64,000 nucleotides of DNA from Histomonas meleagridis 2922-C6/04-290x. Lineage: Eukaryota; Protista; Parabasalia. The notes under the pieces are model-generated. The model searched no databases and was not told the DNA's origin. It saw only the letters and a program-made list of their open reading frames with translations. Shown here piece after piece: positions 22,001 to 30,632 of this stretch (the stretch's first letter is position 1; every line of letters begins with the position of its first letter). The DNA lies in the NCBI GenBank assembly GCA_020184695.1, contig JAANOX010000142.1:1-64000 (forward strand), given 5' to 3'. A program made the position numbers and the translations under genes.

Positions 22001-25000
22001 AATGATTCAAAGATATATTCATTATATCTTAAACTTTGTGAAAATTGTCCAGTTTTTTTAGCTTTTTTTGCTAATACTTTATATGATACAGGAACATTTA
22101 ATTCTACAAGTTCTAAATATTCGATAACTTTAAGAAATGGTCGAATGATATAATTAGGAACACAATGTTGCATTAATGATGTGATTAATATATGTTTAAT
22201 TTGTAAGTTTTGTTGATCATTGATATATGTAAATGCATAAGCTACTGGAAATAATGAGTTTTTAACAAATTCATTTCGTTCCGATAATGAATTACATGAA
22301 GAAATTGCTTTACATGAAGAAGATGCTAATATTAATGGGACAAATTCATCAAACCAATGACACCATTCAAATAAATCCCATCCATCTAAAGGCAACTTTA
22401 ATTGGGGTAATGTTTTCTTATTCGTTGATATGTTTAATGAAAATTGATTAGGTTTTATTAAAGGTTCATCGATTATTTCACATTTCTTTTTAAGTTCAGA
22501 AGGGATTTCGATACCTAATGAAATACATTTTATTAAATATTTGAAATCAGGTAAATTCTCTATTTTAAAAACAGTTGAAATTTCATTTATATAAATTAAG
22601 AATTTTTGTTTCATTTGAATTGCTATAACATAAAATATATTAATTATTTCATTAATTAAATCTAAATTCTTTTTTCCAATTAATAATAAAGTTCGAATTA
22701 TTTCAGTACAATATTTTCGACTTTTACAATAAATTATAATTTTCTTTAAATGAATTAATGATTCTTTAATTGTTTCTGTTGAATCCGAATGATTTTCTAT
22801 CCATGTTAATATCGAAGGAATAATTATATTATCAACATAAGTCATTAATTTACCAAATGATATAATTGTATCGAAAATATTATTAACAATTTTCGGAGAT
22901 AAATTATTTAAAGAAGATAACATTAACATTATAATTTTATGTATATATTTAATGAATTCATTAGGTATACATATTGCAATCCATTTAATAGTTTGTAAAC
23001 TTATTGAAATATCAATTTTTAGCCAAGAATTATATATCATATTAATAATACAAGGTAATAACGGAGCAATTTTTTTACCAAAAATAGCTAAAAAAGGTAC
23101 AATGTTTTGCATTGTCATTGTAATTATAGTATTTCCACCATTTGATAAAATCGTATGAATTTTCTCAATTATTAATTCTTCAATACCATCACCTACATTA
23201 TGATAAGTTAAAAGAATGATTAAAAGAGATTCGATTGCAGATGCATGTAATGTAGATAATGAATCTTCTGTTAATATATTTAATAAAATCGAAATGGATT
23301 CAAATACACACATATTAGTGATTTGATTAATATAATCATTATCTAGAGCTTTTTGATTAACTAATGTTAATGCTCCAAGTATAGAATATGTACTTGAATT
23401 TACTTTATTCGCTAAAATGATTTCATTCATCTTTGATACTGGTATTAACCCAATTTGTTCAATTACATTTAATAAATTTAAGCGATCTTCAATGTTATTT
23501 AATATATTTGAAATTTCATATAATCGATAAAATATTATTGGATATTTTTCAAATAATAAACTTCGAATATTTGTATATTTTAATGACGATTTTAATAAAT
23601 TAATTGTTGAATTATTTTTCTTAGTTGATGAATGTATCGATAAATTCGAATTAATATGAAATGCTAATTGAGATAAATCAACTGAATTTAATGAGAAACT
23701 TAATAAAATTGATAATAATTCTAATGATGACGATGTTTGATTATTCGATTTTAATAATCTTTTAAGTAAAAATTGTGAAAAAGGTTGAATTAAATTTGGT
23801 CTTTTTTTGATGATGATTAATAATGAATAAATTGCATGTTTAGCTAAAACATTAATATTATTTAAATAATGAACAATTTCTAATATATATTCCGATATAA
23901 CATCTATAGCTGAATCAATATTACATAACAAACGTAACGCTTGAAACCTTAATTCAAATTGTCGATCATGTAAAATAGCAAATAAAGGATCAATTAAATC
24001 AATCGATTCATTATTCGATGTCATTTTCTTTAATACTTTTAAACGTAAATCATCATCAATCTCTGTTATTAAATAAGATATTAATCGAACTTTAATTCGT
24101 GGGAAATTATTTTGTTGTGATAATAAAAATCGAGCTGTTTGTTTCCGAATGATTAAATCAGAATTATCTAATTGTGAGCTATACATTAATAACAAATTAT
24201 CTGATAATTCTTTTTGTGGAAATTGAAAATATATTAATGATGAAAAAGAATGAATTTTTCGATTAGAATTTTGTAATATTATGTCTGAAGTAAATAATGG
24301 TAATAACTTAGAACGAATTTGTGGTCCTAAAGCTGGCCATTTTTTAGTGAAGTTAAATAATCCTTCTAAAATTGTATCTGTGATATTCCCATTTAAGACG
24401 GAATCGATAACTTCACAAAAGTTTTGCGTGTTGGGTGTTATCAAAGAAAGTAATGCAAAAATAGATTCATCTGTTTTATTGTCATGTAAAATTATTGTTT
24501 GAAGTTGATTAGCATTTGATTTATATTGTTCTTGTAATATGTCTCCAATTAAAAAACAAAATTTCCCTAATGATAAATAAATTTCATGTTTGAATGAATA
24601 CCCTTTGCTTAATAAATGTGAGTATAATTCAAAGATTTGGGTAAAATGATTTGGCTTAAATACTTCTGGTGAACATTGATATGATAATGGTATTAATTGT
24701 AAACGATTTTGACAATCTTTGTTTAAATCAGGAATTAACGGTTCCTTGAATGTAAAGTATTGAATTAGATTCGGGAATTTGATGAATAATTGATTTAGTG
24801 CTTCTATAAATAATGGTTCAAAAGACATACTTGGATCAGAAAGATGTTCAGCAATTAGATTACATAATGATATAGAATGGCTATATAAAGGTGTGTTAAT
24901 AAGTTGTAAAAATGAAAAAAAAGATTTGGTTGCTGCTTTAATAACTTGCGGAGATTGATTTCTAAAAGAACGTAAAATAATACTTTTGGAAGTATCTAAA

Positions 25001-25545
25001 AATGAACGCATAAAATTAGTAAATCTTCGAAGAAAAATATCTAATAAATAAAGTGATGAAATTATTAAAGTTTCCGTATTGGTCGAAAACCATGTTTGAA
25101 CTTGTGAACGTAATGGACTTAAAATCATTTGTAGAGTTGTACCAAGATGATTTGAAAGCCAAACTAATGTCTTTTCTAAATAATGAAAAACAAGAGGATT
25201 TGATGAAGGAGGAATTTGAGGAATTTCGCGGGCCATTTTGGTGGCTTTTGATAACTTATTCCCAATATTAACGTTTGTTAAAGCTGATAAAAAAATGGTA
25301 AATAACAATGGATCATGATTTAAAGAATTTAATGTAATAGCATGAAATAATTTGGACACAAAAGCTTGTTGGTTAATAGAATTTCGATACTCAGAGGTTA
25401 CATAATTTTGAAACGATTTCAATGCAAATCGGAATTGAGATGAATCTGGAGAAGAAGACGCTGAAATTACATTGTTCATTTGTGTTGATAAAGGGTCATC
25501 AATAGGAAGTTCCTGGAGAAATGAGTCTTCTTCTTTAGATTTCAT
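19093..25545 (-). CDS. TOR: TOR-like PIKK serine/threonine kinase
   Basis: HEAT/FAT region, FRB-like FWFELWNNNIDISSKQY, kinase motifs SKQKPRK, LLKANEDTRLDERVMQLF, GLGDRH and IHIDFGD, and FATC LCQMYRGWYPWW. Confidence 0.9.
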   Translation of the reverse strand: MKSKEEDSFLQELPIDDPLSTQMNNVISASSSPDSSQFRFALKSFQNYVTSEYRNSINQQAFVSKLFHAITLNSLNHDPLLFTIFLSALTNVNIGNKLSKATKMAREIPQIPPSSNPLVFHYLEKTLVWLSNHLGTTLQMILSPLRSQVQTWFSTNTETLIISSLYLLDIFLRRFTNFMRSFLDTSKSIILRSFRNQSPQVIKAATKSFFSFLQLINTPLYSHSISLCNLIAEHLSDPSMSFEPLFIEALNQLFIKFPNLIQYFTFKEPLIPDLNKDCQNRLQLIPLSYQCSPEVFKPNHFTQIFELYSHLLSKGYSFKHEIYLSLGKFCFLIGDILQEQYKSNANQLQTIILHDNKTDESIFALLSLITPNTQNFCEVIDSVLNGNITDTILEGLFNFTKKWPALGPQIRSKLLPLFTSDIILQNSNRKIHSFSSLIYFQFPQKELSDNLLLMYSSQLDNSDLIIRKQTARFLLSQQNNFPRIKVRLISYLITEIDDDLRLKVLKKMTSNNESIDLIDPLFAILHDRQFELRFQALRLLCNIDSAIDVISEYILEIVHYLNNINVLAKHAIYSLLIIIKKRPNLIQPFSQFLLKRLLKSNNQTSSSLELLSILLSFSLNSVDLSQLAFHINSNLSIHSSTKKNNSTINLLKSSLKYTNIRSLLFEKYPIIFYRLYEISNILNNIEDRLNLLNVIEQIGLIPVSKMNEIILANKVNSSTYSILGALTLVNQKALDNDYINQITNMCVFESISILLNILTEDSLSTLHASAIESLLIILLTYHNVGDGIEELIIEKIHTILSNGGNTIITMTMQNIVPFLAIFGKKIAPLLPCIINMIYNSWLKIDISISLQTIKWIAICIPNEFIKYIHKIIMLMLSSLNNLSPKIVNNIFDTIISFGKLMTYVDNIIIPSILTWIENHSDSTETIKESLIHLKKIIIYCKSRKYCTEIIRTLLLIGKKNLDLINEIINIFYVIAIQMKQKFLIYINEISTVFKIENLPDFKYLIKCISLGIEIPSELKKKCEIIDEPLIKPNQFSLNISTNKKTLPQLKLPLDGWDLFEWCHWFDEFVPLILASSSCKAISSCNSLSERNEFVKNSLFPVAYAFTYINDQQNLQIKHILITSLMQHCVPNYIIRPFLKVIEYLELVELNVPVSYKVLAKKAKKTGQFSQSLRYNEYIFESFSQKSIENLISLNLQLGLPLAAKGILRISTVNKSIESLAEKLGLWEEAYESYCKMNNNDENIIKGKMKCLEALSRYKDLYELTKDDISIYSASACFHMLNFNKLHIIINKLNSNDQKTIFYKIIDNVYMNDLNNAEILIEKLNIEYIPQLFPMIFEDYEKCYDILINATIISEIKDIIEIKKIEYIKNSPNPKERKHYENYVNKILKDWKSRFEQLSDSTKAMYETLCIRSLLLNESQLSEYWLQFLEKESLKGKTQLGEIALKHVNLQLPEVQFSQSLMLWNSNSKKEAIEKLKLLIQNISKTSKLLPRYLYTLGIWCLQQSMHDLAYEYLSDSTKLCSNSSEYWGYLSRISLILFHRDQCPKYLYESLQALINGLINGPKNPLNFTLKTFSILYHVKEAKEFSILLSNNLTKISSRYWLFLLPQIVSKLNLIELNEILEKLLLQISITYPQKVLYSLLVNCLSNNNEIREPAKKVINIIRLSQPTLVNQVLLFSEEMLRIASFWFELWNNNIDISSKQYVLCNNLQSTIENLLPLHKLITNSPKTLYEVSFISKFGSILKNAENFLYEYLQTKNVLYFHQAWSIYVEVYKLIHPFITNLKEFQLIDASPLLANLNKTQLTIPGCNEDIYITSFLNHIQIINSKQKPRKINVLGSNGKIYPFLLKANEDTRLDERVMQLFNYISNFIKQSKKPLASKLTITTYGVVPITSKYGLIGWVQDTQTLHEIIRNFRVSHGIKNFDIEQLVTLKTCPNYDKLPNGKEKEKMFLLGLKQTNGDDLKRILLKFSTDSNDWLERRVLFTTSLAVTSIAGYILGLGDRHLCNIMIKNRTAKLIHIDFGDCFEVAMNRNLFPEKVPFRLTRVLLNALEVSKIEGTFRCCCENVMELLRTNNEQILVLLEAFITDPSLMCENYGKLTPEKIMKRIYDKLNGNEFEVKQMSVKKQVERLISEATSISNLCQMYRGWYPWW

Positions 25546-25806
25546 TTCATTTTGTAATTGAGTTGTTTACTTCGTAATTCAGAACAATGGAAAATCGTTG
25601 TGATTACAAAATCTCTCTGAGAGTATAAATCTTTTCATAAGCAGGAACTTTTTTTAATAATATTTGGAATCAATAGATAGGCCATTATGAATTGATGCAA
25701 TAAAATTTAACATAATTTCTATAAGTACTTAAGGACTTTAAATATATTATTGATGTTACTTTTTCAAATTGGGAAGTAATCCTATAAAAAAGCTATGTAC
25801 ATATAT

Positions 25807-26528
25807 TTAAAACCTGTTAGTTTTGATTCCTTTTTGTTTACGAAGTAATTTAACTATTTCTATATGACCATATTCAGATGCATACATTAGTGCTGTCTTA
25901 ATTATTTAAAATGATTTTCAAATATTATTATGAAATAAAAAATATAAATAACTTTAGCATCAATATCAATTCTTTCTTGTTCGAGATATAATTTAACTAT
26001 TTCTTTATGACCATTTGCAGATGCAATAATAAGTGATTTATCAAATTATTATAGTAAATATTATAATATCAAATTAAACATCAGATTTTCAAATTAAATT
26101 CCAAAATATCAAATCAAATATAGATAGCATTAATATGGATATCTTTTTGCTTTGAAATATATTTAACAAGTCCGAGATTCCCTGATTCAGAAGAACTGCC
26201 TAATAATCATTAGGAATATAACTATTTATTACAATATATTTAACAATATATAAGTTGCAGTTTATCGATGATTATCAACGATATCATCAACAATTATCAT
26301 TTCTTCTTCTTTTATAAATTCAAAAATTCCATAATTTTCAAACAAAACACACATCCTTCCTAAGCATTCTTCGATTTTGTTCTCATAATAATGATGAAAG
26401 ATATCATTTCGATGAAATTCAACTGAATTATCAAATGTCAAATGATTTTGTTTACATAAATGAATTATCTCTAAATTCCCACTTGCAATTGCATATTTAC
26501 ATGTGTTAATTACATGCGAACCATTCAT
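25807..26528 (-). pseudogene. Truncated DUF3447-ankyrin paralog, locus D, with two spacers
   Basis: A decayed DUF3447 fragment is followed by ankyrin blocks (KSLIIASANGHKEIVKLYLEQERIDIDAKV at 26039-25950; TALMYASEYGHIEIVKLL from 25896). Spacers are 80 nt (26119-26040) and 53 nt (25949-25897). Confidence 0.75.
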
Positions 26529-26766
26529 AAGTAAATTTCATTCCATTGAGTATAGAATGTAGTATAAGTCAAATCAATTACAAGAAAATTAAAAAATTCT
26601 GGGTAATTTAAATCAAATAATTATTATAAAATTGGAACCGAAACCGACACTTCACTTGACAAAATTTTGGAAAACTTTTCAAAAAGTGTCATACTGTAAA
26701 TTGAATAGTATTCAATAGTTTACATATAAATACAATGGTGTAATACGGTTAGGTGATATAAATCAA

Positions 26767-27984
26767 ATGTCTGGCTGTGATCCAGTGGCAAGCCTTATGC
26801 AATCAAGGGGTGTATACGTTCCACATAATCCCGCCAACAAACCAGTTCAAAATTCACCAACTTCTCATACAAATTTAAGACCGACAAGATCAAATGTTCT
26901 TGAGCGAACTCAGTCTACAATTCTGACAAAGGCTCCTCAGATTAACAAAGAAACATCCACAAGCAATAATGTTATTCAAAATAAATCAAATTTAACGCCT
27001 CCCGCTTACAGCTATCAAAACAATACAACAAAGCCGCCTACGTCCCAAAATTATCCACCAAAACCATCACCACCACAGAGTACTCAAGGATACCAACAAA
27101 AAACAAACTCTTATCAAAATCATCCACCTAAGCCTCCTTCATCACAGGCCTCAAGTTTTCAACAAAAACAATCAGCTTTTCAAAACCATTCTTCTCAACC
27201 ATCTTCAACACAAAATAATTTATGTCAACCAAGAACGCCCGCAGCCTACAGCACTCAAAGCAGCACTTCAAAATCGCCATCCCAAAAGCCACCACAAACC
27301 AATACAAATAACCCAACGACGGTACAGAACACAATAAACCAATATCAGCAAAAGCCACCACAAATCAATACAAATAAGCCAACGACGGTACAGAACAACA
27401 TAAACCAATATCAGCAAAAGCCAACATATCAAAACACAGCACAAAAGCCAACGACGGTACAGAACAACATAAACCAATATCAGCAAAAGCCAACACCACA
27501 AAACGCAACGCAACAAAAGACATCAACAGTACAAAACAATGTAAGCCATTACCAACAGAAGCCCGCGCCTCAAAGTGCAGCACAAAATAACACAAATCAA
27601 CAGAAGCAGGGCACTGATTCCTTGCCAAACAAGATCACGTTCCGTATTCCACCAGGAGGCCAGCCGCAAAGCGCATCCTCAAACATGTACCAGCAGCGTA
27701 ATCGCGCGCAGTCAACTATAATACATAAGCCGCCTTCGCAGTCAACACAGCCCACGCAGTCACAAGCGCAGCCAACAATAAGACAGCGAATACCATTCAA
27801 TGGCCGCGAGTACGGATGCAAGTCTCGAATGGAAGAGTTCCAATTCCTTCTCGCGGCAAGAGATATGGCGCGGCAGCAGCGCGCTGAGGCCGCTGACCCA
27901 AGTACAGTAAAGATAGAGCTCGACCCAGTGAAGGTAAGAGAGTTCATGGCGAAGCAACAGATGCAGAAAAGCCAAATGAAATAA
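26767..27984 (+). CDS. Q/N/T/P-rich low-complexity hypothetical protein
   Basis: 405-aa ORF with an internal tandem repeat and a short charged C-terminal segment. Confidence 0.75.
   Translation: MSGCDPVASLMQSRGVYVPHNPANKPVQNSPTSHTNLRPTRSNVLERTQSTILTKAPQINKETSTSNNVIQNKSNLTPPAYSYQNNTTKPPTSQNYPPKPSPPQSTQGYQQKTNSYQNHPPKPPSSQASSFQQKQSAFQNHSSQPSSTQNNLCQPRTPAAYSTQSSTSKSPSQKPPQTNTNNPTTVQNTINQYQQKPPQINTNKPTTVQNNINQYQQKPTYQNTAQKPTTVQNNINQYQQKPTPQNATQQKTSTVQNNVSHYQQKPAPQSAAQNNTNQQKQGTDSLPNKITFRIPPGGQPQSASSNMYQQRNRAQSTIIHKPPSQSTQPTQSQAQPTIRQRIPFNGREYGCKSRMEEFQFLLAARDMARQQRAEAADPSTVKIELDPVKVREFMAKQQMQKSQMK
27289..27550 (+). repeat. Coding tandem repeat PTTVQNNINQYQQK, three near-identical copies plus one degenerate copy
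   Basis: ccaacgacggtacagaac occurs at 27313, 27379 and 27448. Confidence 0.9.
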
Positions 27985-28255
27985 TATCTAAAAATGTGTT
28001 ACAAATTTGAGAAATAAACTTATTATTCGTTTTTATTGTCAACGAATAAACGAAATATGCAATTGATGAATTTGTTTAATAGAACAAAAGTGCACAAACG
28101 TTCGCGCAAGTTTTCAATGCTTTAGAGGAGGAAATTTCAATGCTGTTATACGGTTAAAGATTTTCCATGGAAGGTGAGATAAAGTATCCAAAAAGTTGAC
28201 GGAAGGTTGAAATCCATTCAAAGAATGTGAGCTGACGAAATTATCATTTTTTAGA

Positions 28256-30226
28256 ATGGAAGAGTTGCAAAACGAACCATTACTATCAAATAGAGAGATA
28301 GAAGAGCCAAGGGAAAGACAGCCTATCCTTAAGAAGGCAATTCTTGGAATTTGTCTTGCAATTGGTCTTGTCTCTGGTGTTTTAATCGGATACGTCGCTT
28401 TCGGCCGTTCAGGCTCAAGCAAAACTACTACATATCAAGCTGCGACCACAAGTCTTGGAAATTATTATCTTAATGCATCAAATAGTGATTGCTCAACATT
28501 CGAAGTTCCTTCTTGTCAAAGCAGTTCAGGCGATATGGATAGCAAATGGGCTACTCATCTCTGGAATACGCCCAAACGTGGTACAGAAGGTTGGAAGAAA
28601 GGTTATCAAGATATGAGCACACTTGTTGGTTATGCCCAGCTTCAATACAACTCTGATCGTACATCTTGCACTGTAACAATTTATACAAAAACGCATCATG
28701 ATCTTTCTCTCACATATTATTTCGATGGTGTTTCTCAATCAGATCCATCCAAAACATATGATTCCTCATACAAAGGACTTCTCAAAGTCAAAGTCGTTGC
28801 TGCTACAGGTGAAACACTTGAACTTGATGAAATTGATTTCATTTGGAATGTTGAACCACTCAAAGAAAGAAATGGCGATTATCGCAATGGACAAAAGGGT
28901 GCAATTGTCGAAATGTTTGGTTGGCCGGATGATGACATTGCAGAAGAATGTAAAGTCATTGCAGAAGCGGGTTATCTTGGCGTTAAACTTTTCCCACACC
29001 AAGAACAAGTTATGTCCACACAACCAATGGAGAACGAACTTAATCCATGGTACTTCATGTATCAGCCAGTTTCCTACCGTTTACAAGGCCGTGCAGGAAC
29101 ACGTACACAACTTCGCAACATGATTAAGAAGTGTCGTTCATATGGATTACGTGTTTATGCTGATGCAGTTGTTAATCATATGTCAGGCTCCGGTAATGAT
29201 GCACAAGATCATCGTAACCCGGGCGCAGGCTGTACGTATTGGCCCGGCAAGCAATCATCTGATGAAGAAAACCAATCACCGTATTACACGCCAGGTTACA
29301 CATACAAATATAACTCATGGGGCGAGCCATCTAATGTGCTTGAATACCCAGCAGTTCCATATGGACCAATGGACTTCCATTGCGACAAATCTCTTAATTC
29401 ATGGACTGATCCAAACATAATGAACACTGGCTGGCTCACTGGTTTGACAGATCTCGACACAAGCAAAGAATTTGTTCGCACACGTATTGCCGATTATTTT
29501 GTTGATCTTTTGTCCATTGGATTCTCTGGCTTCAGAGTTGACGCAGCTAAACATATTCATCCAATTGACTTAGCAGCAATCTTCGCTAAGTTCAAGCAAA
29601 GGTTAGGCGGCTCATATCCAGTTGACTTCTTCACGTGGCTCGAAGTTATCACTGGAGGCGAATCACAACTTTTAGTCGGCGATTCTGATTATTCGTACAC
29701 AACATATTTCACTAACCAACTTAAGTCACAAGGATTAACAGACACCGAAATCAATCAAATTAAGATTTGGTGGAGTGGTTATCCTAATGAGCCGGATAAT
29801 GATGGCGGAAGGTTATCGCGCATCAGGAAAGTTATCCAAAATGATGACCACGATCAACAAAACGATGGCTCATCATCACGCGATATGCATGACAAAGGAT
29901 GCGTACTGGTTAAAGGATGCGATCCGAACACGCATAGAATGCACGAAATCAAACTGTTCACTGATCCTTATGGCGGCGCTGATAATGATAACGATTACCC
30001 AATTCGAATGTTGTTGTCTTCGTATTACTTCAAGGATGGTGTGAAGTCGATTCCCGACGGTAAATCCGACTGCAGCAAGTGCGTGACGACATGCGAATCA
30101 TGCAGATCAAGGGCTTATGCGAAGGCGTATGTCGCTGATGCACAAGCTTACGCAGGAAGCGACTACACACGAGTGCACAGAGATTCTCAGATAATTGCAG
30201 CAATGAGAAGCTGGATGCACATTTGA
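28256..30226 (+). CDS. Membrane-anchored alpha-amylase (glycoside hydrolase family 13)
   Basis: N-terminal TM helix (ILGICLAIGLVSGVLIGYVAF) and GH13 motifs YQPVSY, VYADAVVNHM, GLTDL, GFRVDAAKH, WLEV and QNDDHD. Confidence 0.9.
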   Translation: MEELQNEPLLSNREIEEPRERQPILKKAILGICLAIGLVSGVLIGYVAFGRSGSSKTTTYQAATTSLGNYYLNASNSDCSTFEVPSCQSSSGDMDSKWATHLWNTPKRGTEGWKKGYQDMSTLVGYAQLQYNSDRTSCTVTIYTKTHHDLSLTYYFDGVSQSDPSKTYDSSYKGLLKVKVVAATGETLELDEIDFIWNVEPLKERNGDYRNGQKGAIVEMFGWPDDDIAEECKVIAEAGYLGVKLFPHQEQVMSTQPMENELNPWYFMYQPVSYRLQGRAGTRTQLRNMIKKCRSYGLRVYADAVVNHMSGSGNDAQDHRNPGAGCTYWPGKQSSDEENQSPYYTPGYTYKYNSWGEPSNVLEYPAVPYGPMDFHCDKSLNSWTDPNIMNTGWLTGLTDLDTSKEFVRTRIADYFVDLLSIGFSGFRVDAAKHIHPIDLAAIFAKFKQRLGGSYPVDFFTWLEVITGGESQLLVGDSDYSYTTYFTNQLKSQGLTDTEINQIKIWWSGYPNEPDNDGGRLSRIRKVIQNDDHDQQNDGSSSRDMHDKGCVLVKGCDPNTHRMHEIKLFTDPYGGADNDNDYPIRMLLSSYYFKDGVKSIPDGKSDCSKCVTTCESCRSRAYAKAYVADAQAYAGSDYTRVHRDSQIIAAMRSWMHI

Positions 30227-30632
30227 AATATTTATATATATAAACAATAATTTTGTTATTTTTGTTTAGTAAAACAGTGATAACTTTAACACTCATTTTT
30301 GAAGAGATGCAGCGGCTGTTGATATTTTGCCTTGTCGATAACGAATAGAATATGATATGATATTAATACCATTTCTGAGATATTACCTCATGAAAATTAC
30401 ACATATGAAAAGCCAAAATTTTTGGAAATTGTCAGGATAGATTTTATTTCAACCTATAATATATCAAATAATTAATATCATAATATCATTTACTCATTTT
30501 TTTTTTACAAATAATTAATAACACAAACCGAAAGACAATAAAAAACGATAAAACTTTTTGTAAGACAATTCAATATTTCGTAAAACGTTTTATTTATATA
30601 GCTATATTCAAAAAGTTCATTTAATACTTGTT

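Noticed and set aside
28256-28285. Possible dileucine lysosomal sorting signal (ELQNEPLL) in the amylase tail
   Set aside because: The spacing does not fit [DE]xxxL[LI] exactly, since position -4 is Gln.
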